Position numbers and translations under genes: made by a program
Source of the DNA: Eubacteriales bacterium
Lineage (GTDB): Bacteria; Bacillota; Clostridia; Oscillospirales; CAG-272
Length of the DNA: 32,646 bases
Assembly (NCBI GenBank): GCA_045535215.1
Contig: JAZSLE010000214.1
Coordinates: forward strand, 1-32,646
Direction of reading: 5' to 3'
The notes under the pieces: model-generated
What the model was told of the DNA's origin: nothing
The model's database searches: none
Seen by the model: the letters and a program-made list of their open reading frames with translations, nothing else
Shown: positions 20,830-30,071 of the stretch, in pieces
Position numbering within the stretch: position 1 is the first letter of the stretch
Layout of the letters: each line of letters opens with the position of its first letter

Positions 20830-23391
20830 TTACTCACCCGGAGAAATATTAGAGGTCTGCTTTGATGCCCAATCAAGATAATCCTCAAGGTCAAAGTAGG
20901 TCGAGGCATATCTGTTATAAGCCTGTGATACGTTTGACGTTCCCGGCATTGCGCTTCCGTTCTTCAGACAATGGAAGAAGGAATATGCGGGATCTGTATA
21001 CGGAGGAGTACCGAGCGGGATCTCTCGCCAGGTGTACTGAGTATCTGTTACTACCAGCCACGCCGGGAACCATCTCTCTATTTTGAGAAGGCTCGTATAG
21101 GTTATATTCTCGGGCGGGCAGTCATAGCCTGCGACACCGCCGTTTACTGCGTCATACTTTACAAGAACGTGCATATCGCAATATTCCGTAGGCTCGGTTC
21201 CCTTTACAAAGTATCCGAACGTGGATCTGCTTCCTCTGGGGTCTGACGTGCAGGCACCGGTGCAAAGCTTTCCTGAGTCGTAGCAATATTCAAGACCGAC
21301 TATGTCGTTAGTCTCCGTCTCAAACTTCTTCAACGGCTCGCCGCCGTCGATCGAGTTGTTGTACGCGTCCTTGTGGAGCATGTACATGATAGTACCCCAC
21401 AGCTTTGCACACGCAGCGGAATCGGTTCCGGGCAGGGCTTTGGGATATTCATGACCGTACCATACTCCGCAAACGTAATAGGGGGTATATCCTACGTAGG
21501 TATAGTCGTAGGAGCTCTGTGTTGTACCCGTTTTACCTGCGTACTGTATTCCGTAGCTCAAAAATGCTCCGAATCTCGATCTGATGTTAACGGCAACAGA
21601 CTCGAGGAAGTTGTTCATTATGAATGCATTTTCCTCGCTTATAGCTACCTTCTGCTGGCCTTCTTTGGTTGCATTATTGAGAATAACGTTTCCTGCGGAA
21701 TCGCAAACCTTGAGGTAAGATATCGGCTCACTGAATATTCCCTTGTTGGGGAACATCGTGTATCCGCCGGTAAGCTCTCTTATGGTTATACCGTAGTTGA
21801 ACTGACCCATCGCAAGTGCCGCAACACCACGGTCGGTAAGTGTAACTCCGCTTTCAAGCGTGAGGTTATCTATAAGGCTGTGGAAATTAAGCGTATTGTC
21901 AAGGAAGTCGAAAGACGTGTCTACCGAAAGGTCGTTAAGCGTCTTTACGGATATCGTGTTCTTGGACACGGTTACCGCATCTATAATGCTTATACGTCCC
22001 TGATATTCTCTCGGGAGGTTAGAGGGCCAAGGATAGCTTCCCGTAAATCTTACGGGAGTATCGTCGTATACGGTATTCCACTGAATAACACCGTACTCAA
22101 GACCGGGAGCGTATACCGCAAGCGGCTTTATTGACGATCCGACGGGTCGGACTGCGTCTGTTGCAAAGCTCTGAACACGGTTACCCTTCTTCTCACCTCT
22201 CGCGCCCGCAACACCGAGGATATCTCCGGTATACGGATCGATAACTATCGCGGATGACTGCGGTGCGATACCGCTTGTAACCTCCGGGAAATAAGAGTCG
22301 TTAAGATATACGTTTTCAAGTGCCGTCTGAACATCGGGATCCACGAGCATATATATCTTCAAGCCACCCGAGTATATCATCATTTCCGCAGCGGCGTACG
22401 AGTATCCGATATCCATAAGATCTTCTATAACGTCCTCTATTACCATATCGGTGTACCACGAGTTGATCTCGTTGGTGCTCTCCTCGATCTCGGGTCTGTT
22501 AAGAATGAGCTCGACTCCGCTGGCCTCATCATATTCAGCCTTCGTAATAAGCCCCTGATCGTACATTTCATAAAGGACGTATTCGCGTCTCTCTCGGTTG
22601 TTCTCGGGTCGGGATACGGGATCGTAATACGAGGGGTTCTTCGTGATGCTTGCCAATGCGGCGCATTCAATAAGCGTAAGATCCTTTACCTCCTTTGAAA
22701 AATAACCTCTCGCGGCCGCTCCCACTCCGGTGTATCCGTTTGCAAGCGCCACGATATTCATATACGCGGTTATTATCTCGCTCTTATCCATCTGCTTTTC
22801 AAGATCCAACGCCCAGAATATCTCTTGTATCTTTCTTTGTATCCTGTAGCTGTCGTCTCCCGTAACGTTCTTTATCAGCTGCTGAGTTATACTTGATCCT
22901 CCAAACGTGGAGCTTCCGACAAAGAAGTTCAAGAACGCGCCTCCCGTTCGTATCCAGTCAACGCCATCATGCGTTCGGAATCGTTTATCCTCAATGGCTA
23001 TAAAGGCGTTGATAAGATTTTCGGGAAGGTCTTCGTATTCCACCTGAATACTCTTTGTGGTTCCGTATATCTTCTCTCCGGAAAGAGGTACCGCTTCTCC
23101 TACTCGGTTTACTCTGTCTGTGAACTCATAGTAGTAAAGCTCGGACGTGCTTCCGGTTATAGACTCGGTAAAGCGGAAAAGATTTGCGTCTATCTCCGTG
23201 TCAACATTCTGGTCTATATATATAGCGAACGCACATACGCAGATAACTCCCATTATTGCAAGTATCAATAAAAGTGTTATGACAATGTTGAGAAGAACGG
23301 TTAAGACCTTGAGAAGCGCGGACCCGATGATCCTGAATGCCTTTAAGATCTCCTTGCCATAGTGAACTTTATTTGTTGATTTTTCTTCCAT
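20830..23391 (-). CDS. class A penicillin-binding protein (bifunctional glycosyltransferase GT51 / transpeptidase)
   Basis: 853 aa with an N-terminal TM. GT51 motifs EDKRFRTHDGVD and GGSSITQQLIKN are present. Transpeptidase motifs SSIKP (SxxK), SKN and KTGT are present. There is a Cys-containing C-terminal extension. Confidence 0.9.
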   Translation of the reverse strand: MEEKSTNKVHYGKEILKAFRIIGSALLKVLTVLLNIVITLLLILAIMGVICVCAFAIYIDQNVDTEIDANLFRFTESITGSTSELYYYEFTDRVNRVGEAVPLSGEKIYGTTKSIQVEYEDLPENLINAFIAIEDKRFRTHDGVDWIRTGGAFLNFFVGSSTFGGSSITQQLIKNVTGDDSYRIQRKIQEIFWALDLEKQMDKSEIITAYMNIVALANGYTGVGAAARGYFSKEVKDLTLIECAALASITKNPSYYDPVSRPENNRERREYVLYEMYDQGLITKAEYDEASGVELILNRPEIEESTNEINSWYTDMVIEDVIEDLMDIGYSYAAAEMMIYSGGLKIYMLVDPDVQTALENVYLNDSYFPEVTSGIAPQSSAIVIDPYTGDILGVAGARGEKKGNRVQSFATDAVRPVGSSIKPLAVYAPGLEYGVIQWNTVYDDTPVRFTGSYPWPSNLPREYQGRISIIDAVTVSKNTISVKTLNDLSVDTSFDFLDNTLNFHSLIDNLTLESGVTLTDRGVAALAMGQFNYGITIRELTGGYTMFPNKGIFSEPISYLKVCDSAGNVILNNATKEGQQKVAISEENAFIMNNFLESVAVNIRSRFGAFLSYGIQYAGKTGTTQSSYDYTYVGYTPYYVCGVWYGHEYPKALPGTDSAACAKLWGTIMYMLHKDAYNNSIDGGEPLKKFETETNDIVGLEYCYDSGKLCTGACTSDPRGSRSTFGYFVKGTEPTEYCDMHVLVKYDAVNGGVAGYDCPPENITYTSLLKIERWFPAWLVVTDTQYTWREIPLGTPPYTDPAYSFFHCLKNGSAMPGTSNVSQAYNRYASTYFDLEDYLDWASKQTSNISPGE

Positions 23392-23443
23392 AAGGAATTC
23401 GCTTCACCCCTGCGGGTGCCTTTCGTAAAAATTTACTAACGAT

Positions 23444-23452
23444 ATTATACCA
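23444..23452 (-). promoter_or_regulatory. possible extended -10 element for the PBP gene
   Basis: Read on the minus strand: TGgTATAAT (23452-23444), 53 nt upstream of the ATG at 23391. The -35 region is poor. Confidence 0.35.
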
Positions 23453-23548
23453 TTTCTTTTTGAATACACTGTGAATTTTAGGTAATAATATTGTTGTGCT
23501 AAAAAAACTTACACTTTGGTAAAAAATTTAATATTATGAGGTAATGAA

Positions 23549-23980
23549 ATGAACAACGATAATTCCGCAAAAAGCACCGAACGTACGCTTTCACGGGGTG
23601 AGATGCTCGTAATGCTCATTCCCGCTATGATAATGCTTTTCGCCGGGCTTTGCATGATGCTCGGAGCGATATTCATAAGCGAAAGCACGGCAAAGGGCTC
23701 TCTGCCGAGTGAGAGTGAGGCATCATCCCTTACGTCGCAGCTTGAGACCGAGCCACCGTCCGTATCCGCGGGGATATCCACCGAGCTGTCCGAATGCTTC
23801 ATCATCCGCGAGGATGAAAGCGGGTGCGTCTCGGTGTATCTTTCGAGTGGAGAGCTTTATAAAAAGCTCGACGTTTTGGCATTCTCTCTTCCCATGAGGG
23901 ACAGAGAACGACTCAAGGTAGGCATCGTAGCAAGGAATGAGGACGAGCTGTACTCATATATAGAGGGCTTTTCGGGTTGA
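23549..23980 (+). CDS. small single-pass membrane protein with a ~65-aa C-terminal globular domain (weak BofC-like resemblance); function unknown
   Basis: 143 aa. GAGGT RBS and a TM (MLVMLIPAMIMLFAGLCMMLGAIFI). The C-terminal pattern is FIIREDESGCVSVYL...LPMRDRERLKVGIVARNEDELYSYIEGF. Confidence 0.55.
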   Translation: MNNDNSAKSTERTLSRGEMLVMLIPAMIMLFAGLCMMLGAIFISESTAKGSLPSESEASSLTSQLETEPPSVSAGISTELSECFIIREDESGCVSVYLSSGELYKKLDVLAFSLPMRDRERLKVGIVARNEDELYSYIEGFSG

Positions 23981-26900
23981 TCACCTGAATGCTATGTCGC
24001 CATCCACAACAAAGCTTCTTATGACAGACATAACGGCCTCACTTGCCGAAATGCCGTGCGAGCATTTTGCGTATTTTTTCTCCGCCTTACCGTAGATGAA
24101 CAGCTCTACGGCACCGGGACAAACGTCGGCGATGGCGGCTATTCGCTCTGCATTTTTTGAATCAAGCGAAGCTACGCGTATATAAAGCTTACTTTTATCG
24201 GTGACAGGAGCGCTTCCCTCGGATGCGCTTCTCTGCACCTCCTTTGCCTCGGGCTCGCATTTTACGGTCGCGGCAGGCTTTGCATCGGCCTTGAAGATCT
24301 CGTTGACAGTAAGCTCGTGAACGCTGCCCACTATAATCTTACCCTGCTCATCCTCTCGGCTTGAGTAGCGTCCTCTGACTGCGACGACTCTGTCGTTTAT
24401 AATAAGATCCGCATATTTTCTGTATGCCTGCTCAAAGGTAATGCATTCTATCTCTCCGGTTTTATCCTCGATCGTAAAGAACGCCATATCCGATCCCGCC
24501 TTCGTCCTTTTTTGAACTACGGACGAGACGACACCGCAAACGGTAACGTTCTCACCGTCGGGTACACCTCCATCCGCGTCGGAAAGACGGTATATGGGGG
24601 TGGGAAGTATATATTCTATGTGCTTTGAGTAGTCGTCGGTGAGGTGTCCCGAAATATACATTCCGAGATATTCCTTTTCAAACGAGAGCTTTGTACGGGA
24701 ATCGTACTCGGGAAGCTCTGGATACTTGATATCAAAGACGTCCGCATTCTGCCGGACCGATGAGAACAGATCCATCTGTCCGTCGAGGCCGCCCGAGCGC
24801 TCACGCGTTATGCGGTCTATCAGGTCCTCGTATACGGCGATGAGTCGGCTTCTGTACACGCCGAGAGAATCAAATGCTCCCGCGCGTATAAGCGCCTCTA
24901 CAGTTCGCTTATTAATAGTGCTTCGCGGCATTCTCTCAATAAAGTCGGTAAACGACGTGAAGCGTCCTCTTCTTCTCTCCTCTATCACGGTTGCCGCAGG
25001 CTGTCTTCCGACCGCCTTTATCGCCATAAGACCGAATCTTATGTCCTTTCCCGACACCGAAAAGTCCATCATGCTTTCGTTTATGTCGGGAGGAAGAAGC
25101 CTTATATTGTAGCGTGCGAAATCATCCGTATATTCCGCTACCTTTGCCGCGCTTGAGAGCACGCTCGTCAAGAGCGCACAGCAAAATTCAGCGGGATAAT
25201 TCGCCTTAAGGTATGCGGTGCGGTAGGATATCATTGCGTACGGAACCGAATGTCCCTTGTTGAAGGCATAGTTTGCGAACGCTTCTATTTTATCGAAAAC
25301 GGTAGCGGCTATCTGCGGGGATATTCCTCTTTCGGACGCACCCTTTATGAAGGTCTCCTTTTCTGCGAGGATGACCTCCTTTTTCTTTTTGGATACCGCT
25401 CGCCTTACTATATCGGCCTTTCCGTAGGAATATCCGGCAAGGCTTCTGAAGATGCTCATAACCTGCTCCTGATATACTATACATCCATGTGTGGAGCGAA
25501 GTATGGGCTCAAGCTCGGGAGTAAGGTATTCCACCTTGTCCGGATCGTTGCGGGCTGCTATATACTGCGGTATTGATTCCATCGGACCGGGACGGTAAAG
25601 AGCTATCGCGGCGGTGATGTCCTCAAGGTTCCTCGGCTTGAGGTTTCCGAGCACGCGTCTCATTCCCGGAGACTCAAGCTGAAATACGCCGAGAGTCTCG
25701 CCCGACGTTATGAGCTCGTACGTCTTTTCATCGTCAAACGGAACCTTTTCTATATCAAAATCGGGAACTGTACGTCTGACCTCCGCCTCGGCATCAGATA
25801 TCACCGTAAGATATCTGAGCGCGAGGAAGTCGTATTTAAGGAGTCCGAGCTTTGAAACGGCATCCATATCAAACTGCGTAACGACGACGTCTCCGCTTTT
25901 TGCAAGCGGAACGTATTCGTGAACCGGCTTATCCGATATGAGAACGCCCGCGGCGTGAACCGAAACGTTACGCGGCATTCCTTCTATAGCCATTGCGATC
26001 TCAACGAGCTCTCTGTATTTGTCGTTGTCTTCTACTGCGCGTGCAAAGTCTTTGTTCTTCATCGCGTCCGAAAGGGTTATGCCTATAACGGACGGTATCA
26101 TCTTTGCAAGCTTATCAACGTCGGCATAAGTAATGTTCAGCGCTCTTCCGACGTCTCTTACAGCCGCCTTTGCGGCAAGAGTACCGAAGGTTATTATCTG
26201 GGCTACGTTCTCTCTGCCGTATCTTTCGATAACGTAATTTATTACCTCATCACGTCGGATATAGCAAAAGTCAACGTCGATATCCGGCATGCTTACTCTC
26301 TCGTGATTCAGGAATCTCTCAAAGAACAGGTCGTATTTAAGTGGGTCGGCGTCGGTTATTCCGAGCAGGTACACGCAAAGGCTTCCCGCGCCCGATCCAC
26401 GTCCGGGGCCTACCGATATTCCCTTCTGCTTTGCGTAGTTGACGTAATCGCCTACGATAAGGAAATAGTCGTTATAACCCATTCGGTCTATGACCGAAAG
26501 CTCCTCCTCTATTCGCGCGACGTAATCGTCTCTCGAGCTTTTGTCATATTTTATTCTTCCGTTTCTTTCGCCGTCTTCAAGCCCCTCGTAGACCTTCTTG
26601 CGAAGCTCACGTGCGGTATCCTTACATATTTCCGGTGGAAGTTTCGGGTGTATTATTTTTCCGGTTTCAAATACGAACGAGCATTTGTCAGCTATTTTCT
26701 GAGTATTGTATACTGCCTCGGGGCAATCCGAAAACAAAGCGAGCATCTCTCTCTCGGACTTGAAATAATACTCGTCGGCTCCGAAGCTCATTGCATCCTT
26801 ACTGCCGTATACGGTATTTGTCTGGACGCACATAAGCACCTCCTGTGCCTTTGCGTCCCGTTTTTCAAGGTAGTGTACGTCGTTTGTGGCAACGAGCTCT

Positions 26901-27484
26901 ATACCGAGTCTTTTGGCAAGAGAGATAAGCGGCTGTCTGATTTCTTTTTCGTCGTCAAGGCCGTGGTCCTGTATCTCTATGTAGAAGTCGTCACCGAAGA
27001 TGCTCTTCATTTTGAGCGCATATTTCTCCGCCGCGGATACGTCTCCCACAAGCAGCTCGGAGGGTATTCTTCCGAATATGCAACCACTGAGGGCAACTAT
27101 ACCCTCGCTGTGAAACGAAAGAAGCTCAAGGTCTATACGCGGCTTTGAATAGAATCCGTCCGTAAAGCTCTTTGATACCATATAGGACAGATTTTTGTAA
27201 CCGGTCTCGTTTTTGCACAGGAGCACCATATGGCGTCTCTGCTCGGAGGGATTTTTATCAAGGCGGCTCGTATCACTGACATAGCATTCGCATCCTATTA
27301 TCGGCTTTACGTCCTCTTTAAGACACGCCTCGCAAAACGCAAAGGTACCGTACATTACTCCGTGGTCGGTTATCGCAACGGCGTTTTGTCCGCACTCCTT
27401 TGCCTTTTTTGCAATTTCGGACACGCGGCAAGCTCCGTCGAGCAGGCTGTATTCCGAATGCAGATGCAGATGTACAAAGCTCAT
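23981..27484 (-). CDS. dnaE: DNA polymerase III alpha subunit (DnaE type)
   Basis: PHP domain start MSFVHLHLHSEYSLLDGA, the GPGRGSGAGSLCVYLLGIT motif and a C-terminal OB-fold region. Start set at ATG 27484 with a strong GGGGGA RBS. The track TTG 27538 would overlap whiA. Confidence 0.9.
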   Translation of the reverse strand: MSFVHLHLHSEYSLLDGACRVSEIAKKAKECGQNAVAITDHGVMYGTFAFCEACLKEDVKPIIGCECYVSDTSRLDKNPSEQRRHMVLLCKNETGYKNLSYMVSKSFTDGFYSKPRIDLELLSFHSEGIVALSGCIFGRIPSELLVGDVSAAEKYALKMKSIFGDDFYIEIQDHGLDDEKEIRQPLISLAKRLGIELVATNDVHYLEKRDAKAQEVLMCVQTNTVYGSKDAMSFGADEYYFKSEREMLALFSDCPEAVYNTQKIADKCSFVFETGKIIHPKLPPEICKDTARELRKKVYEGLEDGERNGRIKYDKSSRDDYVARIEEELSVIDRMGYNDYFLIVGDYVNYAKQKGISVGPGRGSGAGSLCVYLLGITDADPLKYDLFFERFLNHERVSMPDIDVDFCYIRRDEVINYVIERYGRENVAQIITFGTLAAKAAVRDVGRALNITYADVDKLAKMIPSVIGITLSDAMKNKDFARAVEDNDKYRELVEIAMAIEGMPRNVSVHAAGVLISDKPVHEYVPLAKSGDVVVTQFDMDAVSKLGLLKYDFLALRYLTVISDAEAEVRRTVPDFDIEKVPFDDEKTYELITSGETLGVFQLESPGMRRVLGNLKPRNLEDITAAIALYRPGPMESIPQYIAARNDPDKVEYLTPELEPILRSTHGCIVYQEQVMSIFRSLAGYSYGKADIVRRAVSKKKKEVILAEKETFIKGASERGISPQIAATVFDKIEAFANYAFNKGHSVPYAMISYRTAYLKANYPAEFCCALLTSVLSSAAKVAEYTDDFARYNIRLLPPDINESMMDFSVSGKDIRFGLMAIKAVGRQPAATVIEERRRGRFTSFTDFIERMPRSTINKRTVEALIRAGAFDSLGVYRSRLIAVYEDLIDRITRERSGGLDGQMDLFSSVRQNADVFDIKYPELPEYDSRTKLSFEKEYLGMYISGHLTDDYSKHIEYILPTPIYRLSDADGGVPDGENVTVCGVVSSVVQKRTKAGSDMAFFTIEDKTGEIECITFEQAYRKYADLIINDRVVAVRGRYSSREDEQGKIIVGSVHELTVNEIFKADAKPAATVKCEPEAKEVQRSASEGSAPVTDKSKLYIRVASLDSKNAERIAAIADVCPGAVELFIYGKAEKKYAKCSHGISASEAVMSVIRSFVVDGDIAFR

Positions 27485-27500
27485 GACCTTTCCCCCTTTC

Positions 27501-28394
27501 TCAGTCTTTATCGTTTGAAAAGCCGTGTCTTTCGGCAATTTCGGTTATTTTCTGTAATCTGTGGTTTATCCCCGATTTACTTATCGGAGGTACGTGCTTT
27601 TCGGCAAGCTCGGACATAGACATCGTGGGATTATCGATTCTAAGCCTAGCCGTTGTTCTAAGTGAGCTGTCGAGCTCGTCCTCTTGATTTAAAGAAAGAA
27701 CGAATCTGCAGGCGGCTATATGTCGGCTTCCCGCAACGACCGCGCGGTTTATGTTACCGGAAATACAATTTGTCGCTCTGCGCTCACTGTTCTCTATATC
27801 CTTGTATATCGACGTGTTTATGTATTCAAACAGTATGCTTCCCATAGACATTGCCTGAAGCATATCGCACATTTTTTCGTTTGATTTGTAGTACACGACC
27901 GTTTTGTCGCGTCTTGATGAGCATCCCGGTCTTGCTATACCGTGTCTTTCGATAAGGTCGCGTATTTCCGCTCCGAGAGCGGCATCCGAAAACGAAAGCT
28001 CCATATGTGCCTGCGCCATAGGATCGTTTATTCTTCCGCACGCAAGGAAAAGTCCGCGCAAAAGGAAGGACAGCTCATCCGCCTCCACCAGAAGCTCGGA
28101 TATCCCGCTTCTTCCAGAAAGAATAAGCTCCGCAAGCTTTTTGGACGTTACGGTCACGTTATAGCTCGTTCTTCCCGCAAGCCTTATCTCCTCGGCACTT
28201 ATCCTGCCTCCGAATAGGAAGCGTACGAGCTTTTCGCAGGTCTCGTATGCAAGCGAGGAGGAAAAGGATGCTCTTATATTTCCGTCGGACACGTCCGCCG
28301 AAAGCATAAGACCGAGCAGAAGTGCCCTTCTGTCTCTTGCATTCTTCGGGATCGTCTCGGCTATTTCCTGTCTTATTTTAAGGGTGTACGACAT
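27501..28394 (-). CDS. whiA: DNA-binding protein WhiA
   Basis: 297 aa. Degenerate LAGLIDADG-like N-terminal and middle domains (LLRGLFLACG), plus a C-terminal HTH (SMSELAEKHVPPISKSGINHRLQKITEIA). Confidence 0.9.
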   Translation of the reverse strand: MSYTLKIRQEIAETIPKNARDRRALLLGLMLSADVSDGNIRASFSSSLAYETCEKLVRFLFGGRISAEEIRLAGRTSYNVTVTSKKLAELILSGRSGISELLVEADELSFLLRGLFLACGRINDPMAQAHMELSFSDAALGAEIRDLIERHGIARPGCSSRRDKTVVYYKSNEKMCDMLQAMSMGSILFEYINTSIYKDIENSERRATNCISGNINRAVVAGSRHIAACRFVLSLNQEDELDSSLRTTARLRIDNPTMSMSELAEKHVPPISKSGINHRLQKITEIAERHGFSNDKD

Positions 28395-28395
28395 T

Positions 28396-30009
28396 TTATG
28401 AAATAAATATCACCTCGCACTCGAGCATAAAGCCGTGCTTGAGATAAAATTCCTTTCTTACCTTCGCTATGAGTGATTTAAGATCGGCACACGTGCCGCC
28501 CATATCGTTTACTATAAATCCTGCATGCTTCGGAGATACGCATACTCCGCCCACACGGGTTCCCTTAAGGCCCATCTCGTCTATCATTCTGCTAACGTGG
28601 ATATCGTCGGCAGGTCGCTTGAATACGCTTCCCGCGGACGGAAGTTCAAGAGGCTGAGAGCGTCTTCTCTTATCCATTATCGTACGCATATATTCGGTCA
28701 TCGCTTCTCTGTCGCCGTCCTTGAGTGTGAAGGTTGCCGACACAAGAGTAAGAGCCTTGTTCTCCTGAAGGAAAGAATGACGGTAGGACATCTTCATCTC
28801 CTCTGCGGAAAGGTCGATCATTCTTTTTCTTTCGGAATCGTATACCCTTACGCTTTCAAGCGTATCGGACATGCATCCTCCGTACGCCCCAGCGTTCATG
28901 TAGATACCCCCTCCGACGCTTCCGGGTATTCCGTAGGAGAACTCAAGGCCCGAAAGTGAATTGTCTCTTGCAAATGCGGCAAGAGCGGTCATTGCGACTC
29001 CGCATCCCGCGGTAACGAGGTAACCGTCGCGGCGAAGATCCTTGAGTTGTGAACAGGATACTACGACTCCGTCGTATACGCCGTCGTGGAAAACACAATC
29101 GGAACCGTTTCCAAGCACGATATATTTTACACCTGCGTCCGCAATGGCATCAAGAGCCACGGAAAGAGACGCCTCGTTCTCGGGGAATACCGCGCATCTT
29201 ACGGTACCTCCGAGCTTGAAGGTCGTAAGAGAAGTGGCAGGATAGTTCTTTTCGCATCTTACGTTCTTTTGGCACAGAGTATCGTAAAGCTTATCGAAGA
29301 GCTCGTCGCATGCGCCGTGTCCGCGCAAAACTATTTCTTCGATCTCGGCAAGCGTTCGTGCGACGTATGTAATGTCCATTCCCTCGGGAACAGGCTCTCC
29401 GTTAGGAGCATACCAAACGCAATCTATACCTGCATTTATAGCGCCCTTTATGTCGGATGAAAGAGAATCTCCGACAACGAGAGTGCTCTTCTTATCAAAT
29501 CCGGGGATATTCTCTCCGACCTTGTTGAAGTAATCTATACTCGGCTTCTCCGCGCCCATCTCTTCTGAAATAAAGGTGCGCTTTATAAGGTGCTTTATCG
29601 GAAGCTTTGCCATTCTTCCCTCCTGCACCTTTTTTATTCCGTTTGTTATAACGTAGATATCGGCGATCTCGTGAACGTTTGAGAGCAGCTCAAAGGCTCC
29701 GTCAATGAGAAGAGCTTCTTGTGAAAGCGCATCAAGATAATAACGATCAAGAGAGTTAGGCGAAACGTCAAATCCGTACTTGCTTACGAAAAGCTCGAAT
29801 CTACGCACCTTAAGCTCTGATTTTGTTATTCCGCCCTTTTCAAGCAGCTTCCAAAGTGAATCGTTTATTTTACTGTATTCGGATATCATTTCATCATTTA
29901 CGTCTATTCCGTGAGCCGAAAAGGTGTTTGCTATCGCGTTTTTTTCTGCAGCCGCAAAATCAAGAAGAGTACCGTCGGCATCAAAAAGAACTGTATTGTA
30001 GTACGGCAT
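28396..30009 (-). CDS. murB: fusion protein: N-terminal HAD-IA phosphatase (YjjG/YfnB-like) plus C-terminal UDP-N-acetylenolpyruvoylglucosamine reductase
   Basis: 537-aa uninterrupted ORF. HAD motifs: FDADGT (I), VITNG (II), AEKPS (III), VVGDSLSSD (IV), within aa 1-225. MurB signatures: TTFKLGG, LGNGSD, GIPGSVGGG, SYRHS, PSAGSVFKRP, within aa 255-537. Confidence 0.85.
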   Translation of the reverse strand: MPYYNTVLFDADGTLLDFAAAEKNAIANTFSAHGIDVNDEMISEYSKINDSLWKLLEKGGITKSELKVRRFELFVSKYGFDVSPNSLDRYYLDALSQEALLIDGAFELLSNVHEIADIYVITNGIKKVQEGRMAKLPIKHLIKRTFISEEMGAEKPSIDYFNKVGENIPGFDKKSTLVVGDSLSSDIKGAINAGIDCVWYAPNGEPVPEGMDITYVARTLAEIEEIVLRGHGACDELFDKLYDTLCQKNVRCEKNYPATSLTTFKLGGTVRCAVFPENEASLSVALDAIADAGVKYIVLGNGSDCVFHDGVYDGVVVSCSQLKDLRRDGYLVTAGCGVAMTALAAFARDNSLSGLEFSYGIPGSVGGGIYMNAGAYGGCMSDTLESVRVYDSERKRMIDLSAEEMKMSYRHSFLQENKALTLVSATFTLKDGDREAMTEYMRTIMDKRRRSQPLELPSAGSVFKRPADDIHVSRMIDEMGLKGTRVGGVCVSPKHAGFIVNDMGGTCADLKSLIAKVRKEFYLKHGFMLECEVIFIS

Positions 30010-30043
30010 TTGTAGTCCCCCACATCAAAGGTTAAAGTTATAC

Positions 30044-30071
30044 ATTATAATTATACTCCATTTTAACGCAA
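30044..30071 (-). promoter_or_regulatory. putative promoter of the murB-whiA-dnaE operon
   Basis: Read on the minus strand: TTGCGT (30071-30066), 16-nt spacer, TATAAT (30049-30044). A second overlapping TATAAT lies at 30055-30050. Confidence 0.4.

Noticed and set aside
23509-23537. TTACAC-17 nt-TATTAT promoter-like element upstream of the small ORF 23549..23980.
   Set aside because: The predicted transcription start would fall after the GAGGT RBS and about 5 nt before the ATG. It is either a leaderless arrangement or a chance AT-rich match, and is not supportable.
25919-27148. 409-aa plus-strand ORF inside dnaE.
   Set aside because: It is in the codon-complementary shadow frame of dnaE and has no recognisable motifs.
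27485-27538. TTG-initiated 18-codon extension of dnaE overlapping the end of whiA.
   Set aside because: ATG 27484 has a strong GGGGGA RBS and begins the conserved PHP-domain N-terminus MSFVHLHLHSEYS.
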